Shown here: piece by piece, positions 12,301 through 25,800 of the stretch
How the letters are laid out: each line of letters begins with the position of its first letter
Position numbering within the stretch: position 1 is the first letter of the stretch
NCBI RefSeq assembly: GCF_001194135.2
Contig: NC_068990.1
Location: 17,532,909 to 17,596,908 of the forward strand
Direction: 5' to 3'
Origin: Octopus bimaculoides
Lineage: Eukaryota
Length of the DNA: 64,000 bases
The notes under the pieces: model-generated
Seen by the model: only the letters and a program-made list of their open reading frames with translations
The model's database searches: none
What the model was told of the DNA's origin: nothing
Made by a program: the position numbers and the translations under genes

Positions 12301-14524
12301 TCAAAGATAAACAGACTAACCAGCGCAGACCGTCGATCTGCTCGAAATAGCAGCACATTCTTTAAAATTTATATAGCATAGGCGCAGTTGTGTGGTAAGG
12401 AGCTTGCTTCCCAACCACATGGCCTTGTGTTGATATATGAAGTTAGATTCACAAACATGAGGTTCCAAATTTGATCTTACTACGTGGTATCTTGGGCAAA
12501 TGATGCGTTGGATCATCCCATATCCTGTGAATGAAATTGTATTCTTGGAAACTGTATAGCAGTCCGGCGGGTGGATTGTACTTGTAATTCAAAAGATACA
12601 GCCTTGCCACATACTGTCACCCTGGCTGTATCAGCAAATTATGCTAAGGGTACACGAAACTGTGGAATACTCAGCCACTTACATGTTAACTGAGAAGCAA
12701 TTGAATCCCCGTCGTCGAACGGTGGAGCTCCACTACTACCGTTATCGTGACACTGATGTTTCTGCTCTAAGGATAAAAAAATTCAATCACTATTAGGTAA
12801 ACACTATTGTTGCATAAAACATCAACAAAGTACTCGACCGTGTCTGACACGTGAGTATCTTTGGATCGTGGCTTCTTGTTGATAGAATTCTTTCTGATTC
12901 ACACTCAAGAATGGCATGCCCCAATGTTAGGTTATAACCCCCTTTGCTCATTCTCTTCAACTTACCAGTCTAATTGTCGTCATCGCCAACAGCCCAGATG
13001 ATACTATCCTTATTCCACCTTCCTCATACATATACATCTTAGATGGCTCCCCGCAAAGCTCCCGCTTATCCCTTGAACAGAGCGAGACCTTTCGTCCTTC
13101 TTCCAATGGCGTCATGTCAATTATTTCCTTCATCAGGATAGAGCTATTTTTTATGGTTTTGTGTCGTTCCATAGGACTCAATATACTTCACATATCAAGA
13201 AAACACTACCGCCCTTTCCCCTGAACACGAATAACACGTAACTAGAACCCTCAAGGTAGCTTCAGGTGCTCGAACTCATGATCACCAAAAATGTCTCCCT
13301 ACACTTTGGGTACAGGCTGTTTAGAGTCACAAAATATTTTATCCATACTATTTTGGCATCTATTCCTTAAAACCAGCTGGGTTTTTTTTCCTGTCACCGC
13401 CACCCAGGCATTCCTGAATCCATTCGTCTCTCGATATTCGTATTATGTCTATTCCATTCTCAGGCTCCGCACTAACCGTTTCTGAACATGTTTTACTTGC
13501 AGCCATTGAATTGTAATCAATCAAACGGGGACGTTAACTGCAGTTGGTCTCATTGCTAACTGTGATGTCGATATAACTTCTTCTGGAACAAATAAATGAT
13601 ATGGAAGGGAGCATAGCGACTGCTCTCTATTCCTATAGAATAGTGATTCGTATATGTAGACAGAGATAGATAGTAACGTAAGTGATGAAATTTATTGGAA
13701 ACTTTTAACTGATTGTAAACATAATCTGATATTGAACTCAATATGCTGGATAAACTAAATCGTCGTGTTTATTGTATCAAAAATTGACAGTCTAATCTGA
13801 GTTTTGCCGCAGGCAAACCCTTTCTCCATTCAACAGACGTGAACAGCTCAGCTGTTAACTTTTGGTATATATGTCGTGTCTAGACATCCAGTGTTGTGCT
13901 TGCTGTTACAGACTTTGTTTTTTTTTTTATAACTTGCTAAAAAATGTCTTTTTTCCTTTAATGGAATTTTACAGATATATTTTTGAAGTTATACACTTCG
14001 ATTATGTTGATAACATTAATTTTTTTTTTTTTTTATCTAGGAGGAATTTTGGATCATTCTTCCTCTTCCAAGTTTGTTTCCTCATAACTCTCTTTAAAAT
14101 GCATATTTTTAAATGATATTTTGAAGAAATACGTTTTCGAGGGCGTAGATTATGTAATGCTGATGTTTCAAATATAGAAATCTCTAAAAAAAAAAATGTA
14201 AAAAGTGCTACAGTCGCGTAAATTGTGATAACAAAGGAGGAGTACGAATGATCTAAATCGCTTCTAAAAATGTTTTTTTCTACATTCTATCAGCATAATT
14301 TGTTACCTATATTCTCAAACCCGTATCTCTGCAACGTTTCATAACAAAAAATATGCATTTAAAAAAAGTTATGAAAAAAAAAGGAAGTCTAAGGAGTACG
14401 AGGCGCTAAATTGCAGTTATGCCATTTATATTAGACTGTTTACATATATTTGTGTATATGTCTGTCCGTCATTTATTAGTATGTTTACTAGCACATGCGT
14501 AGATAGAAAGTCACCTGACAGATT

Positions 14525-14645
14525 CTGACCAATCAAATATTCAGTTTATTGGCGCTGAATATTGTTTTACCGCGAAAAGTAAGCATGGAGATAATGTCGG
14601 TTTGTTCGTGTATAACGTTTGTATATTTAATTTACATGTAAGTTT
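14525..14645 (+). promoter_or_regulatory. Candidate RIF1 promoter / non-coding first exon
   Basis: CCAAT 14529-14533, ATTGG 14548-14552, E2F-like TTGGCGC 14549-14555 and CCGCGAAAA 14570-14578, followed by donor-like GTAAGC 14579 and GTAAGT 14638. The ATG exon at 19496 has an acceptor, so an upstream exon is needed. Confidence 0.5.
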
Positions 14646-17600
14646 TATGTTATCTCTTATAAATAATTCTTAATTAGCAATCTTCATTATTGGTCATTCA
14701 ATTTCTTTGCATTTTACTTAGATTGATCACTTTACTGTGTTTTTGATATCCTTGTTATGGCCGACCTATGGTGTTATGTTTTGTTAAATGAATAGAAATT
14801 ATTTTCTGAAGTGACGAAAGTCTTTTACCTCTTCACTTCTATAATCTCAGATGGAAGCTGGAAATATAATTATTATCATATTTATATATATGTAATGTTG
14901 TTTCTTCGATTTTAGTAGAAATGTAGTTTTAAACAATTGGAGATATTTTGTTACGGAAAATTACTTTTAACAAATTGGGCTGACTTTTGTTATTTACCAG
15001 AAAGTCGTACAACTAAATTCTTTTTTGTTTTTGTAAACAGTATCGTAATTGATCTCTTTAAGATTGTCTTTTACATTTTCTTACCGTTATTTCCTATTAT
15101 TTTTATTAAACATTTAGACGTAAGGCATATTTAGTCATTTTTACTTTAGGAGAAAATTTCAGTAATGCATTTAAAAAGTATCAGTTGCAAAACTTTTTGG
15201 AGCATTTGTGCTTTTAGAATATGAAACTCTAAATAAACAAAACAATTTCTAAAGAATATTTCAGTAATATTTAATTTGGTGGACTTCAATATAATGTCTT
15301 CAACTGTTTATTTACTAATTAGTGTGTTTATAATGAAGTATTAATTGCAAAAAAAATAGACTCGGCTGATGTTTAGAACATTAAAATCCATTAGACCTAA
15401 TACGCTTAAAATATTCCCTAAAACTATTTATCGACTTTATATTTTATTTAATATCTTCAATTATTTATCTACTACATAAAAAAAACGAGGCGGGAGAATA
15501 AAATAAATATCTTTGTCACAAATTATAACTTATATGTAGTTTAATGAATTGAGTTTAAATATCTTTTTTAAATTTAGTATTTTCAATATTTGGTTAGAGT
15601 AATAAAGTGAAGGAAGGATATTTATGTACCCATTTTTTAAATTTGGAACATCCTGGCGATTTCCCGCAATTTCTTATAAAAACGTATTTGTGTGTGTGTG
15701 TTTATATATCCATATTTCTCTCATTTTTAAAATCCCTCCCAATTTGATCGCCATTTCCTCTGTCTCAATTATTTTCAACATGAATATTAATTCTCAAAAG
15801 GATTATCGTTCCTCCGCCGCGGATTTTTTCCTGGGTTGTAATCAGTGTCTATGCTAAGATTTAGGCAGTTCTAGGTGCCATCTTATTTTTGCATATAAAA
15901 CTCTCCGGCCTTTCATTGTCCTGCCTAATATAGACAAGCAGTGGGTGTCATTCACTGAATTTCCCGGAGGAATTGGAGAAGCTCCATAATTACTACAGTT
16001 TTTTGATATATGCTTTTCCTGATTTCTTTCTGACATTGGACGGGAACAAACTTAGAGGAGGGAATGTTTTCACTTAGTCTAATTAAAAAATTAATTCCAC
16101 TTGAACCACCCTAACTAGAGAAGGCACTGCATTACTGCTTAATAGTCTGTCTTCATCAGGAAAGTTAAACCCTATTTTAGTACAAGTTAATTTCTCTTAT
16201 GAAGCTTGTTCTCGAGTTTTCTTTTTCTTCATAGGGCAGAACAATGGTCTATTCCATGCAACTTTCCATCAAAACCCCAGCTATGTTTTGACAGCTACGT
16301 AAAAGCTCTGTCCTCTGTTCATTTTTCTCTATTATAGCAGATTAATTTAGTTACTTGGATCAGTGGATAGGATGTTTGCAATAATAATGCTGGTTTCAGT
16401 CCTGATTTTATTCATGAAAACTAAATTTGAAGTGAGCAGAAATTACAATTTAAAGCCCCCCCCCTCCCAAGAAGTGCAGAATGATTGAATTACAGTAAAA
16501 ACGAAATATATAAATGCTTTTTTTTTTTTTACGTTTTTATTAATGGCTTAGTCTGACGAGGAAAGGCAATGACCAAAACCATTTGTTTTGGAGACTGGTG
16601 AGAGAAAGGGAGAAAGAAACTATGGGTCTTGAGTTGGTCCTCAGATTGGAGTCCTGGTCCAAATTCTAATAGAATGGACTCTAAATGGCTTTGGAAATAA
16701 TGGAAACTCAGAATCAAGCAATGGGTGTTGAGAAANNNNNNNNNNNNNNNNNNNNNNNNNNNNNNNNNNNNNNNNNNNNNNNNNNNNNNNNNNNNNNNNN
16801 NNNNNNNNNNNNNNNNNNNNNNNNAGTCTATGTAGATATCTAGAATAAGGTATATGCTGGGTGGTGTAAGGAATTTTGGATAATAAGCCATTATGTAAAA
16901 TAGCAGCTGATGAAAGAGATAATTCTACAAAAGCTTCATAACTACTTCTCAAGATGATAGCATTAAGATTACTCCTTTAAATCTAATGGTTATTTGATAT
17001 TGTTTTGAATTTATCATACGTTATCGTGTAGCTTTGAGATTTATCGATGTGATTGTTAATTTTTAGAATGATATTTATTGTAGGGTTGGTGTGAGAAGCT
17101 GGATTTGACTAGTTTGAGCATAAAATGGGTAAAGTATTTTGGCTGGTCTAAATGCTAAAGAGTTAAACTGTTGGGAAGGAGATAATCTCAAACTGAAGAC
17201 CAGACCCAAATGTTTGCAACAATATAAATTCTATTAAAGAACATGTCAGGTGGTGGGTATAAGCTGGATGATTGGTTAAGTCTACCATGGTATGATTTGA
17301 GCTCTGTGTAAAGAGATGAAACAAATGCCACAAATGTATTCAGTCCAACATTCTTACAGTTCTGCTGATGACTACCCTGGATTGGTACCTTTTTATTGGA
17401 GTTCCTGGCTGTTAATTGGAAGGCTTGGAGATGTGTGTGTTGCTGGAGTAGAACACTTTGAAACCAAATAGGAGACTGCATGAAGAGAGACAGAGACGTC
17501 TTCAATCCCCTACAGCTTTTGTTCAGGGTCACTTCCAGTGCCACAAGATTTGCCCATCTTGTATTGGCTTTTTCAGCCATGTCTGTTGCCATGAGAAACA

Positions 17601-19511
17601 ATGTGCTGGAGGCAGAGGAGGATGAATGTCTTGGATTGACACTTGTCATCACTTTTGATGGTCTGTCATGAGCAAGCAAGGAAAGAGAGTTGGAAGGCAA
17701 AATTGAACCCAAAGTGCAGAGAATGTGAACAGATACTGCAAAACATCCAGCTTGAGGTTCTTACATTTACACCAATCTGTTATTCTGGATGGTACTTCTA
17801 TTTTTATCAACCCCCAGTAAAGATAAAAGGGCAATGTTGACCTTAGTGTAACTTGAACTCATTGCAGAGAGTCAGAACAGTCTGTCTGATGCTCTAATGA
17901 CTCTTCCAGTTTGCCACCATATAAACTGCACATCATCCCACTAATTTCTGTTCTATTCTCTTTTCTGAGCCACTCCTATATCTCCCTCCTTCCCCGTCTC
18001 CATATTGGTATTTCCAATCTGCACCCCCTCCTTTATTCATCACTCAATATATTTTTACCTCAACCTGTTTACTCTCCCCTCACACTTTTATGAAAGCATC
18101 CACTCCTCTCATCCCCTCCCATGATCCCCTGTCCATGTTCTCTCATGCACACCTTGTACCTTGAGAGTTTTCTCTAGCACCTCATCACTACCTTCCTTTT
18201 ATCTCCTTCAGTTATGTATCTCCTCTGTAGTAAGACACCTGTATTTGTCCCTCTCTCATACTTTCAGCCTTTCAACACCTGGCATACAACCGTCCACTTC
18301 CAACTTCCCCTCCCGGATACTTCCTCTTAGTAGAAGCTTTTTCCTTTTCCTTTTTATGTGTTCGTTTTTGTCTTGCAAGTTACATAGCAACCACATTAGT
18401 GTTGATGCCATAGAGAAAAAAAGCATCCAGTACACTGATGTGGTTGGCATTAGGAAGTGCATCCATCCATAGAGACCATGCCAAAGATAACATTGAAGCT
18501 TGACACAGCTCTGCAGCTCACCGTTCCCTGCCAAACCGTCCTATCCATGCTAACCTGGGAAGCAGACATTAAATGATGATGATGAAACTGTAACAGATAA
18601 TCTCTACCATCTAAAGAGCAAGCCAAGCACTGATCATCCAATAGACTTCAGCAGTCTTCAACTACAGTTTTACTCACATTTGCCCAAGGTACCATGCAGT
18701 GGGACTGAACCTGGAACCATGTGGTTGGTAAGCAAGCTACTTACCACACAGCCGCTGATCTGATGCTGTGTGAGAGGACATTTGGTCAGTGTCACGCAGT
18801 GAGTTTGAACCCAGGATCATGTGGTTTTGAATTAAATTTCTTAAGCAGATGCTCTTGTTAAAACAGGCACGGCCAAGGATGTGAGATTAAGAATTTTGCT
18901 TTCAGTCACATGGTTTTAGGTTCAGTCTTATTGTGTGGCACCTTGAGCAAGTTTCTTCTAATATAGCACCTGGCCAACCAAAGCCTTGTGGGTGATAGTT
19001 GTAAATGAGTGCCACTGTGATGCAAGTGGTGTCACTCATTTCCATAATTCTGCAAAAACATGTTTGGTCATGGAGGAATATTATTACCCTTGCTTGGAAA
19101 CAAGTGATGTTTAGTGACAGGAAGGGCACCTGATCCATACAAGAAGGTAAAAAATGGATGTTAAAAGTGATACTGATAATGATTTTCTTAGTGAAACTCC
19201 TTGATGAATATTCAGTAGTACAATACCATAACTATTGACCCACCATAATCTCATCATATCTTTGTACATTTTTGGTTATGACTTACTGCTAACCACCAAA
19301 CTGCACAAGTCTATCTACTCTGTTCTCTGGTGTCCACCACATATCAAGTGTGTGTGCCACTTCAGCTTTATGGCTTCATTTGCCAATCTGTTGTGGCAGA
19401 TCTGCTCTGGTAATTTTTTTGTTTTCTGTTGTGATATGAGAGATTTGTTTATTGTTTTTACTATTTATATAAATGTTTATCTTTTTATTTTTAAGGTCAT
19501 AATCATCAACC

Positions 19512-19624
19512 ATGCTTGTCACAAAAGCAAACGAGGAAATGAAATTAACTGATATACTCTCTGTATTGCGATCACCTGATTGCACGACAAAAGCTAGACT
19601 AGAAACATACACTACATTCTCAGA
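19512..19624 (+). CDS. RIF1: RIF1 coding exon 1 (exon begins 19496)
   Basis: Acceptor ttttaag at 19495; ATG 19512 gives MLVTKANEEMKLTDILSVLRSPDCTTKARLETYTTFS, resembling the RIF1 N-terminus; donor gtaagt, phase 2 fits next exon. Confidence 0.8.
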
Positions 19625-19737
19625 GTAAGTAGACATTTTTCTTTCTTTGCATTATATTTTTTCACTAAAACTTACATCCAGGTACCAATTCTGGTATTTG
19701 ACATTTTCTCTCAGCTATTTTCTAGTCTGAAGACATA

Positions 19738-20335
19738 TGACTTAGCAGTTAGACTGTTGCACTCATGATCATAAGATTGTCATTTCAATTCCTGGACCAG
19801 GCAGTGCGTTGTATTCTTGAACAAAAACTTCATTTCATATTACTCCACTCGGCTGGTAAATATGAGTAGGACACTAAACTCGGCTTGTGAAGACCTGTTG
19901 GGACAAGTGAAATCGAAATCGTGATTGGACCAAATTCGATGACTGGTACCTGTGCCAGTAGGGCGCTAAGAGCACTGTCCAAGCGTGATTGTTGCCAGAG
20001 CACCAGCTGTCTGGCTTCCATGCCAGTGGCACGCGAAAAAACATTCAAGCGAGGTCATTGCCAGTGCCGCTAGACTGGCTCCTGTGCAGGTGGCACGTAA
20101 AAAACACCATTTTGAGCGTGGCCGTTGCCAGTACCACCTGACTGGCCCTCATGCCGGTGGCACATAAAAGCACCCACTACACTCTCAGAGTAGTTGGCGT
20201 TAGGAAGGATATGCAGCTGCAGAAATTCTGCCAGATCAGATTGGAGCCTGGTGTAGCCTTCTGGTTCGCCAGTTGTCAGTCAAATTGTCCAACCCATGCT
20301 AGCATGGAAGGCGGATGTTAAACGATGATGCTGAT
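19738..20335 (+). mobile_element. Composite SINE: family-B-like head, internal ~65-bp tandem units, RTE-like GAT tail (family C)
   Basis: Decayed A/B-box head, about 3.5 units of ctggctcctgtgcaggtggcacgtaaaa..., tail gttaaacgatgatg. Confidence 0.75.
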
Positions 20336-21059
20336 GAACTCTTTAGCTAACTGGTGTTCTATCGAGGTGGAGTATATATGCAACAGAATCGGCCTTATGA
20401 GCCTGTGACTTGGGAAGGAACTTTTTGATTTTCTAGGGTGCCAGTTCCATGTAAAAAGCACTCTGTACACTCTGTAAAGTAGTTGGCATTAGGAAGGGCA
20501 TCTGGCCAAAATGGACAATTGGAGCCTGGTGCAATTCTACGGCTTGCCAGCTCCTGCCAAACCATTCAACCCATACTGGCAGGGAAAACAGATGTTAATT
20601 GATGGTGGTGATGTTAGGTTGTATGTGTATTCGTGTTCATTTTAACAAACATATAATGTAGGGTAGTCATGTATATTCTTTGTCCCGCCATCATACTTCA
20701 GCCCCCAACACCTGGATTAAAACTACTTCTCCATCTCAAACATTCACGTTGTTTAGTGGAAGAAGAGCTTTTCCTGCCTTTTTTTCTTGCTGCAAGTTAC
20801 TTGGCAGAGCTACTCATGATTAACATAAAAAACACCAGAAGACACTGTAAAGTGGTTGGTGTTCAGGAAGGCATCTGGCTATAGAAACATGCCAAGACTG
20901 ACATTGAAGCTTGACACAGCTCTGTTGGATCCTGCTGAGCCAACCAACCCATACCAGCATGGGAAATGATGTTTGTGGGTTTTTATTTTACTGAAGAAAA
21001 CAAAGTCTGTGTAAGTTGTGGGCCTAACATGGTTATCATCATCCATTGATTACAACTTG

Positions 21060-21430
21060 TGGTGGAGTTGGACATGGTGATGGTATGCTGCATGTCCTAT
21101 TTCATCATCAATGACCTGAGGTCATCAACAGTCATACCAGCAGTCATTAATCAGAGACTTGACCATGGTTTTAGAAGGATGCTCATGGTTCACCTTTCCC
21201 AAAGGTTGGTTCCCAGATGATTTGGCTAACAGGCAACTTTGGGTGTCACAAAGAAGCTGTAGCCAGTCATCTTGCTATCTTGTCAACTGGAGAAGATCAG
21301 AAGACAGCAAGATGATTGGTTGCCATCTGCATCTGTTTGAAGCTGAAGGTCATTTGAAATATCAACAAACTTAGCCATGGATGTAGTGAGAATCGAAATT
21401 TAACATCTATAAAGAAGCGTTGTCTTGATT
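21060..21430 (-). mobile_element. Decayed LINE C-terminal remnant (RTE-like)
   Basis: Minus strand LPVSQIIWEPTFGK and, in a shifted frame, GMTVDDLRSLMM; many stops. Confidence 0.45.
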
Positions 21431-24400
21431 GCTGCCAGGAAAAGTTGTCTGAAGAGGTTCAGGTATTCCACATAATAATGAGCACTTACCTGATGTCTCT
21501 CTACACCTTCATCTCTCTTTCTGAGGTACAAGACTTAAGAAACTTAGTTGATTTGAGTATCTTTAATCATCTTTAGCATACATACTGTGTAGTTCGTCTT
21601 AGTATTGTGGTGTGACAGAAAAGGTAACATGCTGCTGGGTTAACACTTGCAAGCATTCTAAGCAGCAGACCCTTTATATCCTTCCTGAGGCTCTGGCTCC
21701 TTGAAACAAATTTCATTTTAAAGAGATCATGTTGGAATTAATACTTTCTATCATAATCCCATTTAGGAATCGGTTGCATTTAACCTCAGATGTTCATCCT
21801 AGCTGTCAACCATATTGGTCTTCCTACTCTAGGTGAGTTGGCAAAAGTCATGGCTGGTGCTCCTCATTTACTGAAGGGCTTACAAAGAAAAGAAAGAAAC
21901 CTCTGATAATGTGGTGTGTGTGTTTGTATTGTGTTATCGTAGGCAAGTGTCCTGAGCTGATTAAAGTACAGATTTGATAGATGGAAAATGAGTGAAGCTC
22001 ATCATCATTTAACATCCGTCTTTCATGCTGGCTTGGATTGGATCTGATGGGTTACAGGACTGCATCATGGTATTACATTCACTTTGACATGGTTGTTTAC
22101 CAGCTGATATCTTACAGTATCATCTATGTTATATTTTGATGGCGTTTCTATGGTTAGATGCTCTTCCTAAAGCCAACCATGTCTGTCTCTCTGTCTTCAC
22201 TTAATAGTTGCAGATGCATGTTACCACCACAGAAATGGTCTCATTCATTTTCAATCTTTCAAGGAAATGTGTGGCCCTGAGGAAATATCTGTTGGAAACT
22301 GAGGATTGCTGACAGGGAGAGCATTCATTATGCCATAGAAAATCTGCCTCAATGATCTCTTTGATTGCAGTTCTTATTAACTGAAGCTAAACAACTAATA
22401 TATCAGGCTTTAGATATTTTATTACTCTTCCAAAGTCTAGATTAGTTTGAAAATTGAAATAGTTAAGGCAGATTACATGCTAGAAGTATAACTGTGAAAG
22501 TATTAAACTTTTTTTTTCCCATATTGTTCTAAATCAATGGCTGTGAATTTCATCAGTATATATTTCCCATACATAACTGGTGCTCTTGAAGAAAAACATT
22601 AATACAACACATTATCATTGCTTTCCTCCTCTCTCATTGTTTTACTTTTATATTGTGCTCTATCTAGCTATTGGGTTAATAGTAAAACTGCAGCCCCTCT
22701 TTAAAAAAAGCAATAAACAAATCCTGTACAAAATGTGGTTACTCTACCATTAACACTAGCATTTAAACCAGCCATGACTGACTTAAATAGTTTAAGGCAC
22801 AAATTGTCCAGATCTGGCCTATCACACATACCCTACAATGTCATTCAAGAAATAAACAATTATATCACTGAAATCTCAATGTTACAAGATAATGCATGAT
22901 TAACTCAAAACAATGTACATAAGCTTTACATTCGACAGGGTAATCTGAATGCGAAAAGTTTAAGACAGTTTTGTGATTTGAAGATCTGGTAACCATTTCT
23001 AGAAGGTTAAACAAATCTGAGGAACTTACATTCATTATACATTCTTAGTTGTAACAATTTCATTTCACAGATTGTTAATAAACCCTTTTAAATTACACTA
23101 TGAAAGTTTTGCTATTTCCTTTGGAAATTTATGCAGCTATATTCAAAATTTAAAAGCTGCTCAGAATAAATTTTGGTCTTAAATATTAATGTTTTTTTTA
23201 AATAATACCTTGCATTGGTCATCTTGACCTTATCTTTCCAGTATTAAGTATCGTTGAAGTATTGAGCCAGTTTTATTGACCTCCTCACCTTATTTTTAAG
23301 TACCAGCCAATAGTGGAAGAACTTTAAGACTGACTGTCCTCTCTCCTATGAAATGCATCAAGCTACTTGACCCTTTTGTTCTTTTGTTACCGTATTTTTG
23401 TTGAAATGTCTTTCAATTGCTAATCTCTTGTTGATGGTCACATGTCCCATAGATGATTACAGTGTTAGTCAAACTGACGAGTTTCCTGAACAATGATCAT
23501 AAAAGTGTAATTTGTTCAGTGAAGTAGGAAGAAATCCAAATTATTTTTTCATGCTTAGGATTTTATTCCCTACTACCATCCCAATGATAGTGGCATTTCC
23601 ACTCTTTTCGAGGCCTCAAGATAGGGGAATGGCCTGTAAATATATAGGTGAACTGCCAATATTCTGTTGAAACACTCGACTTTTAGTTCAATTAATTTCA
23701 AAAATAATGAATTTAGTAAAATAACTTTCATTATTAACTGCATTTGGAAGACAAATTATTGACTGGTGATTGAAACAACACAATTTTTGTTGGATTATAA
23801 TTTAGATTACTTAAGACAAAATTTGTATTGTAGAACCAGGCCAGTCTTGATTGAAGTGGTATCAAAAATATAGTATTTTACAAAGAAAAAATTCTGTTTG
23901 AATATGAGATTATGGATCAGAACTTAATAAATTATTCTTGCTTTCTGATATTGGCATGAGGTCAGATTTTGTAGATGTCTCCTTAACACTTCTTATATAT
24001 ATGTCTTCAGTGTGTCTCAAGATTCCACTCAATCTTTTACTCCCTTCTTGTCCCTTCTGCCTCAGATCCCCTCTTACACAACCCACCCTACCACATTTTC
24101 AACTCTACCTCCCCCTCTTTCAATCCTCTTATAAATCTCTTATTACTCTTGCCTGTTCTATCAGGTGTAGTTGCCATTTGCATGTTATGAGGCAATCTTC
24201 CTTAGTGCTGGAGCCATGGAAAAAGGCGGGGGCAGTACACCCTGTGAAGTAGTTGTTAGAAAAGACATCCAGCTGTTAAAGCAGACATTGGAGCCTGGGA
24301 CATTCCTCTGACATGCCATATTCTGTCTAACCATCCAACTCATTCCAGCATGGATGACAGACATTTATTGATAATGTGAATTTAAAGAGACCCTAGTAGT

Positions 24401-24535
24401 TGGCAAGTCCTTCATTAAGAAAAAATTAAAGGGAAAGTTAGCACTGCTTGGTTTTGGACAGGAAATTAATTATGAAATCTGAATTTTATTGTTGTCAGTG
24501 TTGTTGCTAATACTTTTTTTCTTCATCTTTTCTAG

Positions 24536-24703
24536 TAAACTGAAAATGGAGACTAACGACATGGCTTTTGTACAAGATGTTGCCAAGAGTAGCAGACAGG
24601 TGATCTCATTGATACAATCTGATATTTTGGGATCTTCATCAGAACTTACTGAGAATGCATTGCAAGTGTTAGGGCTCTGCCTACAGAATCAAACCATTAT
24701 CAA
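24536..24703 (+). CDS. RIF1: RIF1 exon 2
   Basis: tttctag acceptor; KLKMETND...SSELTENALQVLGLCLQNQTII; gtaagt donor. Confidence 0.92.
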
Positions 24704-24920
24704 GTAAGTTTTTTTTATTGTTCTCTAATTTTTCTCTCTCTTTTCCTCTCTTCTGCTTTCACTCATACTCTCCCGCCTTCATTTTATTGATGAACTATGC
24801 CCCCTCCCCTTCATTCATTGACTGCTTTCACCTTCGGAATCTAACTTTGGGAGCTAAAACTTGTAGCAACTTGTGAAGGGAAATTTTTAGTAGTTTTTGT
24901 CTTTTGTTATTTTTTTACAG

Positions 24921-25062
24921 TTCCATGGGATTAAAAGACAGCAATGAAGTAATACGAAATCTCTGCCAGTGTGCACTGGAAACAGAAGATAAAGGGGTTT
25001 GTACCCGTGCCCTTTGGTGTTTAGCTAATCAAGTCCTACAACCAGATGTTATCTGCAATCAA
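24921..25062 (+). CDS. RIF1: RIF1 exon 3
   Basis: ttttacag; SMGLKDSNEVIRNLCQCALETEDKGVCTRALWCLANQVLQPDVICNQ; gtgagc. Confidence 0.93.
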
Positions 25063-25511
25063 GTGAGCTGATTTTTTTTTTGTTTTTGTTTTTTGTTTAA
25101 TAGATATTGGTGCATGCATTGCTGTATGGTTAAGAAGTTTGCCTCCCAGTGATGTAGTTTTGGGTTCATTCCTACTGCATGGCACCTTGGGCAAGTGTCT
25201 TATGTAATTCTGAACTGACCAAAACCTTGTGAATGGCTTTGGTAGATGGAAATTGAAATAACTGTTGAGTGTGTGTGTGTTTGTCTCCTTGTCAAATTGC
25301 ATGATAGTTGTAAACAAATGCCACAGTCATATAGCAGTGTCATTTGTTTCTATTCTCCGTGAAAACATATCCAGCCATAGGGACTTTATCTGGAAACCGG
25401 TGAGGATTGGTGACAGAAAGGGCATCTGACCATAGAAAAATGTACCTCACTGAATTCCATCTGATCCATGCTAGCATGGAAAAAGTGGATGTTAAAGCAA
25501 TAGTGTTCATC

Positions 25512-25800
25512 ATTATCATCATCATCGTTTAACGTCCGCTTTACATGCTAGCATGGGTTGGACGATTTGACTGGGGACTGGTGAACCAGGTGGTTACACC
25601 AGGCTCCAATCTGATTTGGCAGAGTTTCTACAGCTGGATGCCCTTCCTAATGCCAACCACTCCGAGAGTGTAGTGGGTGCTTTTACGTGCCACCGGCACA
25701 AAGGCCAGTCAGGCGGTACTGGCAACGGCCACGCTTGAAATGGTGTATTTTACGTGCCACCTGCACAGGAGCCAGTCCAGTGGCACTGGCAATGATCTTG
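25512..25800 (-). mobile_element. Family C (GAT-tailed) element, well preserved
   Basis: atcatcatcatcgtttaacgtccgctttacatgctagcatgggttggacgatttgact...; near-identical to 63268-63460. Confidence 0.85.

Noticed and set aside
17188-18360. 174-aa minus-strand ORF and adjacent pyrimidine-rich tract, possibly a retroelement remnant
   Set aside because: No diagnostic motif recognised and no splice context; needs a repeat-library search.
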